Sequence record: QB031382.1
Source: a phage
DNA length: 64,000 nucleotides
Reading direction: 5' to 3' (one strand)
Shown here piece by piece: positions 57,124 through 64,000 of this stretch (its first letter is position 1; every line of letters starts with the position of its first letter). The translations under genes and the position numbers were made by a program. The notes under the pieces are model-generated. The model had not been told where the DNA came from, did not search any database, and saw only the letters and a list, made by a program, of their open reading frames with translations.

Positions 57124-58195
57124 GCCTGGCGGGGCCGAAAAAGGCCCCTCCTGAAACTATGAAAAAATAAAGATAGGTGAATCATCATGATGGAACAAAT
57201 TAAACGCGCTGAGGCTATTAATGGCAATGATGCCGCCAACATGACAGAATGAAAAACATCATTTACAGATTGACAAAACGCAACATCATGATCGCCACCG
57301 TGATCGCTTGCCTTTTCGCTTTCGTGAGTAACGCAACGTTTAACGCCGTGGGCCGGGTGGTGTTTAATGCTGGCAGTGTTTCAACAGCTAACACAATAAT
57401 CGATTGTTTGCAACTTTTCTTTTATGTTGCCTTTCGTTTAAAAATAGCTTGCAAGGTAGACCGTTTTGATTTACCTTTTATTTGTGGCGGCGTGATCGCT
57501 ATCGTATGCTAACAGAGGATCAGAAGAAAAGTGTACGACATAGGGCGGGGCAATAAGGCAACGCCCATTAATGAGGGTGGAATCATGTTAGAAAAAATTT
57601 TCACGGTTGTAGTAGTTGGCATGGCATTATCGGTTGGAGTGGTTGCAACTATGGCTAACATGATCCTATCTTCCCACGGTATCGGGTAAGGTGAAACAAA
57701 TGATCACGAACAAAACAGGAAAAACGGAATTTTTACGCGGCTTGCAAATAGGTAAGCCTGAGATCTGGTATTGCACTAAAACACCACGTGACGAAATGAA
57801 AGATTTTACCGCCACGCTGAAGCGGGTAAAGATATCTATCACGCAGAAAAAGCCTTGATAGTGGTGGAAGGTGAGATCCCTCAAGCCGTTGTTATAGTTG
57901 AGCGTACAGCATAGTTTAATCTATACCGTACGCCCCATTAACTAACAAAGCATAAGCAGGCGGCGGTGACCGCCTTGAACGCAACAGAAAGAGAATAGAA
58001 AAGCATGAGAAAGGTAATTATCACCATAGGGATCGTGGCGGCAATGTTGGCGATCTTTCCCTTTATGGTTAGGTATGTGCTGATCAGTATTGTCCTGATA
58101 GTCAGTGGTCTATTGGAAACGGTTGGCAACTGGTTTTAAGATAATAAACAGGGCTTGCAATGGTCCTGTTTTTTGTTATACTTATCTCACGGGTG

Positions 58196-58239
58196 GCACC
58201 TGGCGACGGGGGGAGACAATCACCGGGGGTGCCCGTTAT
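58196..58239 (-). repeat. GC-rich repeat element, copy B (inverted)
   Basis: Reverse complement of 58211-58239 equals 50103-50131 exactly; lies just upstream of promoter at 58259. Confidence 0.6.
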
Positions 58240-58258
58240 ATAAAAACTATAAAAACAG

Positions 58259-58287
58259 TTGACATCTGCCAGGTGGTTAGGTAACAT
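58259..58287 (+). promoter_or_regulatory. sigma70-like promoter with leader hairpin
   Basis: -35 TTGACA, 17-bp spacer, -10 TAACAT; hairpin GGGCA-AAAG-TGCCC. Confidence 0.45.
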
Positions 58288-58341
58288 TTATCTTGAAGGG
58301 GCAAAAGTGCCCACACAACAACCAGAAGAGAGGAAAACATT

Positions 58342-58614
58342 ATGTCAAGCTGGATTAATCAAAAAGTTGAATCACGTTTTAATGCTATCTGGGATCTCAT
58401 CGAAAAAGAGGACGGAACATCAAGCCCTTACCTCAATAATCTTGAATTCCATTTTGTGGAAGCGATGAACGCAGAACATGATCACAAAGGTGGCGCGGAT
58501 GAGTTCGCTCAAGGGTATGGCTTCAACAATGCCAACGAAATGATTGAAGCGGTTGTACTTCAGGCTGAGGAAGATTATCAATTAAAAACACTTGAATTTT
58601 GCCGCCGTAAGTAA
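58342..58614 (+). CDS. small hypothetical protein
   Basis: 90 aa, RBS AGAGAGGAAAA. Confidence 0.45.
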   Translation: MSSWINQKVESRFNAIWDLIEKEDGTSSPYLNNLEFHFVEAMNAEHDHKGGADEFAQGYGFNNANEMIEAVVLQAEEDYQLKTLEFCRRK

Positions 58615-58675
58615 TAAGATAATGACACGGGCCAAAAGGCCCACCAAACCAGAACCCCATAAAGAGGAAAACATC

Positions 58676-58939
58676 ATGAAACGCCTTGATCAGCTCAAAC
58701 TAGTTCAGTACATGGCCTACAAAGTTATTGAAGTCCAAAAAGGTAGTAAAAAGGAGGTTTGCGAGAAAGCGTATAAGATCTTTACTCGTAAAAAAGATGA
58801 TTGGATGTTACGCCAGACCAAAAAGGCTGATATCCTGGGGTACCTGGAAGAAGAGATCCGGCTTGAAGAGCAAGAAGAGATCCGCCGCAGTGAGGCAGAT
58901 TATCAGGCAGCTTGGGAAAGCTGGATGAGAAACAAATAA
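58676..58939 (+). CDS. small hypothetical protein (Lys/Glu-rich)
   Basis: ATG after RBS AAGAGGAAAA; leader hairpin GGGCC-AAAA-GGCCC. Confidence 0.45.
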   Translation: MKRLDQLKLVQYMAYKVIEVQKGSKKEVCEKAYKIFTRKKDDWMLRQTKKADILGYLEEEIRLEEQEEIRRSEADYQAAWESWMRNK

Positions 58940-58951
58940 TAAACATTATCA

Positions 58952-58978
58952 AGGGGCTTAGGCCCCTTTCTTTTTGTT
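58952..58978 (+). terminator. rho-independent terminator closing the rightward small-gene block
   Basis: Stem AGGGGC-TTAG-GCCCCT followed by TTCTTTTTGTTTG. Confidence 0.65.
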
Positions 58979-59583
58979 TGCTCTTTTCCTACCATAAACG
59001 GCCCTACCTGGCAAGTGGAATAATTGACGAGCCATTAATCCCGCACACTGTACAAATATACATATAAAATAACTATTGCATAATCTTTCATCTTGTGGTA
59101 GCAGGGTCATTTTTACACGTTTTTCCTTCCAAAAATGCACGTAATGCAGCTATTGCACAAAATTTAACCTGATGCACATTTTCAGCATACTGTCAACAAT
59201 TAAAAACCCTTATAAATCATACACTTACACAAACCAAAAAGCGTGTCCTACGTGAAAAATCGGGTGTAACTATAGCCGACAGATCTCAGAATCCACGTAC
59301 GATCACCATTCTATAGCCTGCTAAGTATTTATTCCAACCACAGAATAACGGAATAGTCAATACCTGTACAAAATAATTATTCGTATAAACTGCATAACAT
59401 AAATTTTCTCATGTGTAAACATTTTTCGTAAACAGTCCGAAATTGTCACGATAGGTTACTATAATCAGAGAAATCTTTAGTCGTCTAATGTTTACTGCAC
59501 ATAACTATACTGACTGGAATCATTAGATGACTAAGAGAAAGATAAGAAATAGTTAACAATGTAATTGTTTTACCTGTAACAAT

Positions 59584-59760
59584 AAGGCAACTATGCAAAC
59601 GAATGTCATGGCGCGACGGAGTCGCGACATAATATAAAAGCAGTAACCATCACCCCCGTGATAGTTTATCTGCAAACTATTGATCAGATCATAGTTGCCT
59701 TAGATTTAGTTAATCATGACATAATAAGCAAGGCAACTATAGATCTGATAATAGTTGCCC
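59584..59760. repeat. cluster of four AGGCAACTAT motifs in alternating orientation
   Basis: AAGGCAACTAT at 59584(+), 59691(-), 59730(+), 59751(-); last pair forms 10-bp inverted repeat with 10-bp spacer; 19-bp direct repeat ATGCAAACGAATGTCATGG at 59595 and 59852. Confidence 0.55.
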
Positions 59761-59790
59761 TGCTTTTATATTATGTCATATATTATTAAC

Positions 59791-59850
59791 CTGTTAATTG
59801 TCAGCTTATTGGCTGTTAGCTTGTCAATTGTTAACTTGTTAATTGTTATC
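59791..59850. repeat. four tandem about 15-bp repeats (TTGTYAATTGTYARC)
   Basis: tgttaattgtcagc / ttattggctgttagc / ttgtcaattgttaac / ttgttaattgttatc. Confidence 0.5.
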
Positions 59851-59878
59851 ATGCAAACGAATGTCATGGCTTATCATC

Positions 59879-59986
59879 TTTGTGTAAACTGTCAGGGTGT
59901 AGACTATTCAAGGTGTAAATTATTCAGATGCAAACTATCCAGGCGTAAACAGTCTATGCGGGAACAATCTGCACGTGAACAATGAA
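59879..59986. repeat. six to seven degenerate tandem about 16-bp repeats (iteron-like)
   Basis: gtgtaaactgtcagg / gtgtagactattcaag / gtgtaaattattcaga / tgcaaactatccaggc / gtaaacagtctatgcg / ggaacaatctgcacgt. Confidence 0.5.
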
Positions 59987-61482
59987 ACATGAAATAATAA
60001 CAGTCGTTATTGTATCGAAAGTGTATAAGGTGTCAGATTATGGCATATTGTGTGACATTGTGTCAGACAAGTTTTTCTCCTCTTTGTCAAGTGCTGCATG
60101 TAAAATTTACAAACTGGTATGGTAGCATTTTTGCGGCCCTGTTTACATTCAGGAGTGTATGTATAACCCTTGTTGTGTGGGCGTTTAGACGTCTGGACGG
60201 TCAGAAGTCTGCAGGTTAATATCTAATCTATTGGTCGCTAACTATATCCCCACAAATAATAAGAAATGCAATTGTTATATGCGTAAACAGTAACTCATGT
60301 TATCAATCCCTGTATGTATCGCCAGTGGTGCGCATAATGGGTATTATGTTAAATTGCCCGTAATGATAACGATTCTCACAATGATAGGTATTCTCATTCA
60401 CCCGCCCAGGATAGGTTGCAAATGTTGTGCCACTGTGTGAACGGCCTCGCCTATTAATTTGCCTCACTGCCCCGATATTTGAGAATTATTATAAGAATGA
60501 GAAGTATTCCCATTTCGTCCGCCTGGCAGCACTCCTGTAGGACAAGCACAAAATCGTGGCATAACTGTACCTGTTCAGATATTTCTGGCTGACTCTTCAG
60601 GTCTGTGTGGGAAAAGCCAACCTCTCCGGCGGCGGGGAGTGGGTCAATTAAAAAATTTACGTGGTGTATGAAGCGCTCTTCAGGTAAGGCAGGTATTATG
60701 GGATGAATCACTCTTCAGGTGATGATATTTGTAGGTGTGATATTTGCTGGAAAGCCAGATATGACGGGACTCCCGGCGGGGCAGGGGTAGTACAGACAGG
60801 GAAAATGTGGAGAATGTGGTGGGTAAATTGATCAAGCAGGTAGAGTATGGAATATGTTACAGGTATGTTAAATATGGAGGTAAGATATTTGTAAGATTTG
60901 TGTGTAAAATCAAAGACTTAAGTAGTGTTGTGGTATTTTCTATAAATAATTCAAGTTTAATAGGGAATATTTGCCTCTATCCACTTTGTATGGTAACTAT
61001 ATTCTAATTGAATTGGTTTACAAGTGTATATAAAGTATACAAATTAAAGATACAAGAAACCCCCCTCCCCCTTCGGCTACCATTCACCTTTTCCTCTGAC
61101 TGGTACTTAAACACTTATTCAGACTCTTCAGGTTATCACTCATATATCATATGGCAGTGACTGGTGTCCTCCGGCCCCTCTTTCGTCACCCGTCCGCTTC
61201 GCCATGCTAATGCCATAGCTAACTGTTCGGTTGTTCACCCTGTTCACTCAGGTGTATCTCCATACCCCTTCAAACCGAAGAGAACAGAAAACCCGAATTA
61301 CTCGGTAAAAGAAAAGAGAAGAACTTAATTTTATCAGGATAGGCAAGAATGTCAAGGCATGACTGCTCACTAAACAAGCAAACAGTCATGTGTGGGAGGT
61401 AAGTGATTGTGGTGGTAGGAAATTTAGTTGAAAGATGTGTTATAGGTGCTTCCAGCACTTTAGCCTGGCAGCTAATTGTGTG

Positions 61483-61698
61483 TCAGTCCAGCGGTTCATC
61501 CTCTACTTCACTGAAATCAATGTTCAGGGTCTCTTCCCAACCATCGATCTCAGCACAAGAGTGGAGTTCTTTAGGGTTTACTCCCAAAGCCTCAGCAACA
61601 GAGTCTATATTTAACACCTCTGGCAGGTATGATTCATCGAATTCAAGGTAAATCAGGCCACGAGTGTTGTCAGCTCCACCAAATATTTCTATCTTCAT
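61483..61698 (-). CDS. small acidic hypothetical protein
   Basis: 71 aa; RBS GAGGAG upstream of ATG on minus strand. Confidence 0.4.
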   Translation of the reverse strand: MKIEIFGGADNTRGLIYLEFDESYLPEVLNIDSVAEALGVNPKELHSCAEIDGWEETLNIDFSEVEDEPLD

Positions 61699-62280
61699 AA
61701 AATCTCCTCTGGAAATGAGAGTGTGAACAGGGTTATACGTTCCAATGCGCAGGAATTTATATACGTTTGCCTCTTCAGGCCATGCTTTAGCATGATAAAC
61801 TTATGTGGGCTCGGTGCTTCATAGTCTGCCACCTCTGAACTCTTCGTGCTCGGGCAGGATAGAGAACCAGATGTCTAAGATGTCTTCCCACGTCAGGTCA
61901 TCAGCCTCAGGGTCTAAGTTTTCCTCTACGGTCACTTCTTCAGATGTCTCTTCAGATGCATGTGTGTTGGTCATGTTCCACCCGTTAGTATTCCGGCAAC
62001 AGCCGCTATGGACGTAATGATCATCAGGATCACCACTAAAACTTCGGACAATGTTTTCATTGCGTATTCCATATTCTTCAAACGATGTGAGGATACTATC
62101 ACAGGAGCGGTAATGTGTCAACAGAAACGCCGCGAGGGTTGGTTAAAATCCGAGCGTATGGTGATTTGGGTCAAAACGGACGTGCGTTCTCGCTACGCTC
62201 GAAATAGAGAGTTGTTTACAGGCCGCCCTTAAACGCTCTGTAATAAGATTATCCATCTAAGGTATGCAATCGTGCACCAG

Positions 62281-62308
62281 ATAAAGAAAAGGACGCCACA
62301 GAGCGTCC
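62281..62308 (-). terminator. rho-independent terminator (minus strand)
   Basis: Stem GGACGC-CACAGA-GCGTCC with T-run on minus strand (plus-strand ATAAAGAAAA). Confidence 0.5.
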
Positions 62309-62333
62309 TAGGTGCCTTAAATTTGATATTTTG

Positions 62334-62645
62334 CTATACCCATGAGGGCTTGTCCAGGTTGGAGTAACTGAAAGGGGTCAAAAGGTGACTGTCAAAATCT
62401 TTCAAACTGTCCAGATCTTTTTCCTCGTCCTGACACCATCTGTGTCTACATTTATTGTTGTAGTGCATGGAATGCATAGCGTTCTGCAACTTAATAGGCA
62501 CAAGTGATTCAGGAGTAGATAGAATTGTTGGGTATGCCAGAACTATCTCAAACAATGGAAACACATCGAAACTAAAGTCTACCTCTGCAGAGGTTGATGG
62601 CATATAGGAGTATTTAGCCGCCCTTGTAGACATAATCCACCTCAC
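62334..62645 (-). CDS. hypothetical protein
   Basis: 103 aa ORF ending just upstream of minus-strand terminator. Confidence 0.35.
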   Translation of the reverse strand: MRWIMSTRAAKYSYMPSTSAEVDFSFDVFPLFEIVLAYPTILSTPESLVPIKLQNAMHSMHYNNKCRHRWCQDEEKDLDSLKDFDSHLLTPFSYSNLDKPSWV

Positions 62646-62872
62646 ACAGGTTTGATAATACCTTTACCGAATAACTCTTCGTATCTAATCTTATCCGGAT
62701 CCCACTCCTGGATAATTTCGAAGACAATATCTAACCCAGGGATAATCACTTCTCCAGTATCAAGTTTGGCAAGAACAAAACCAGAAGGCTGAATGGTTTC
62801 CCAGTTGCGACGATTGGAATAGAAGACCTCAAAAATATCACCGACCTCGATCTGTTGATCAAGATGGTTCAA
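62642..62872 (-). CDS. hypothetical protein
   Basis: 76 aa; TTG start in ORF track, true start uncertain. Confidence 0.3.
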   Translation of the reverse strand: MNHLDQQIEVGDIFEVFYSNRRNWETIQPSGFVLAKLDTGEVIIPGLDIVFEIIQEWDPDKIRYEELFGKGIIKPV

Positions 62873-62985
62873 GATTCTCTTTCATACGGACGCAGCGGAT
62901 TTTTCGTGCAGGCCATAGACCACCTGCATCACGTTCATTCAACTCTTTTACAGTGATCGGTATACCCATCTCAAATCTCCTTCAT

Positions 62986-63016
62986 AGATAGTAAAAAGAG
63001 GGGCCCAAGCCCCTCT
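62986..63016 (-). terminator. rho-independent terminator (minus strand)
   Basis: Stem AGAGGGGC-CCAA-GCCCCTCT; T-run on minus strand. Confidence 0.55.
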
Positions 63017-63024
63017 CTTTGTCA

Positions 63025-63330
63025 TTATTCTACAGAGCGTTTGAACAGAATGTCTGCTTCAGACATGTGCTCAACCTCTTCTTCGATTTTAGCTCGACGT
63101 TTTTCAGCTTCGTAGCGGATATCGAACTCGGTAGCCACCAGAGATTTGATGAATTTAGGAGAATACAGATGATCCTGCTTCTCAACAAGAATGATATCTT
63201 TGATAGCATCTTTCAGATCTTTGATCTGAAGCTGGAGTTCCACCAGTTCTTCGATTGTTTTGCGAAGGCGATCACGTTCTGCAGTGTCAGAAGGAAGAGA
63301 GGTGAACAGTTCAACTTTAGATTTAGCCAT
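63025..63330 (-). CDS. hypothetical coiled-coil protein
   Basis: 101 aa, Lys/Glu-rich heptad-like. Confidence 0.4.
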   Translation of the reverse strand: MAKSKVELFTSLPSDTAERDRLRKTIEELVELQLQIKDLKDAIKDIILVEKQDHLYSPKFIKSLVATEFDIRYEAEKRRAKIEEEVEHMSEADILFKRSVE

Positions 63331-63358
63331 AGTAAAAGTCTCCTTATGTTGTTTTAAA

Positions 63359-63610
63359 TTAACGTTCTACAAAAATACCGTTCAGTTCAATAACCAGGAA
63401 TTTCTGGTCTTCACTATCGTCTCGTGCCAGAACCTCACAGACGTATCGGTCATCCCCATCATCATCGCAGTCAAATACAAGACTGAGGACTTTATCATGG
63501 TAAACCTTCGCCACTACCGCCTCGTAAGTATTGCCGATTGTGAATCCAAGATAATCTCCGATGCATTTGACAACAACATGGTCGCCAGCATTTAAGTCAA
63601 TCTTCGTCAT
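63359..63610 (-). CDS. small hypothetical protein
   Basis: ATG at 63610 preceded by RBS AAGGAG on minus strand; ORF-track upstream extension lacks RBS. Confidence 0.4.
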   Translation of the reverse strand: MTKIDLNAGDHVVVKCIGDYLGFTIGNTYEAVVAKVYHDKVLSLVFDCDDDGDDRYVCEVLARDDSEDQKFLVIELNGIFVER

Positions 63611-63765
63611 TACTGTGCTCCTTGGGTGATAATATGGTATGTAAAACTTTAACCAGAGATGTGAATAACGCCCCAAAACACACAGATAGCGCTAAAACGG
63701 ATAAGGCCATCATTAAAGCTTCAGTAAAATCAGTCATTCCTCACCTCTTGTTAGTAACTATACTA

Positions 63766-63966
63766 TCATTTATCTTCGCCGTCAAGAACTTTTTTAAATC
63801 TCTCAGGAATATCTCCTGTTCTTAGATAGCTCATGACCTCCCAAGGTTTCCACTTGAACTTCTTGCACAGTAAGGCAGCCGAGATCGTCTCGTTGCGAAA
63901 AGAAAGGATATTAATATCCCACTCTGAGAACCCCAATTTCCGAAGAGTGGCTATAGAAATCCTCAC
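63766..63966 (-). CDS. small hypothetical protein
   Basis: 66 aa near window edge. Confidence 0.3.
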   Translation of the reverse strand: MRISIATLRKLGFSEWDINILSFRNETISAALLCKKFKWKPWEVMSYLRTGDIPERFKKVLDGEDK

Positions 63967-64000
63967 AGCAACCTAACAAGAGAGGCACGCAACAAACGCC

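Noticed and set aside
57249-57512. 87-aa hydrophobic ORF at 57249-57512 as a confident gene
   Set aside because: Weak RBS, unusual composition, and it overlaps a 21-aa upstream micro-ORF; left unannotated pending expression evidence.
59879-59986. Tandem short repeats as a CRISPR array
   Set aside because: Units are 15-16 bp, degenerate and contiguous with no unique spacers of regular length; not CRISPR architecture.
59755-61651. ORFs 59755-59985, 60010-60219, 60454-60711, 60807-61007, 61270-61458 and 61403-61651 in the repeat region
   Set aside because: They run over tandem or inverted repeats, have low-complexity composition and lack ribosome-binding sites; more likely non-coding.
61819-62121. 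100-aa minus-strand ORF
   Set aside because: Its TTG start coincides with a minus-strand TTGACA-17-TAGTAT promoter-like motif (about 62093-62121); at best a shorter internal ORF from the first ATG is real.

Overview
Reading by eye only (no BLAST, HMM, tRNAscan or folding was run): this window looks like one contiguous piece of a virulent tailed dsDNA phage genome, host probably Gram-negative given the sigma70-type promoters and AGGAG-type ribosome-binding sites. Layout: (i) 1-16.4 kb, rightward tail module with a baseplate J-like protein, at least four tail-fibre-like proteins, a lambda-Tfa-type fibre chaperone and an 1875-aa structural protein; (ii) 16.5-23.3 kb, leftward operon of small proteins plus a HAD-type phosphatase and a vWA/HExxH protein; (iii) 23.3-49.5 kb, rightward replication and DNA-modification module: AAA+ ATPase, secreted SleB-like hydrolase, HSP90-like GHKL ATPase, SF1B helicase, two DNA methyltransferases, TOPRIM primase-helicase, a family-A DNA polymerase split by a 328-nt group I intron, an SSB-like protein and a macro-domain protein; (iv) 49.5-59 kb, a cassette of about 20 small genes with near-consensus sigma70 promoters and a second recurring palindromic element; (v) 59-61.5 kb, a repeat-rich non-coding region; (vi) 61.5-64 kb, leftward small genes. 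No rRNA, CRISPR array, integrase, terminase or capsid gene was recognised. The best novelty candidates are the HSP90-like ATPase / secreted hydrolase / AAA+ / vWA cluster, the tandem family of small paralogous proteins downstream of the polymerase, the macro-domain protein, and the two uncharacterised repeat-element classes around the small-gene cassette. Coordinates of short motifs were counted by hand and may be off by a base or two.
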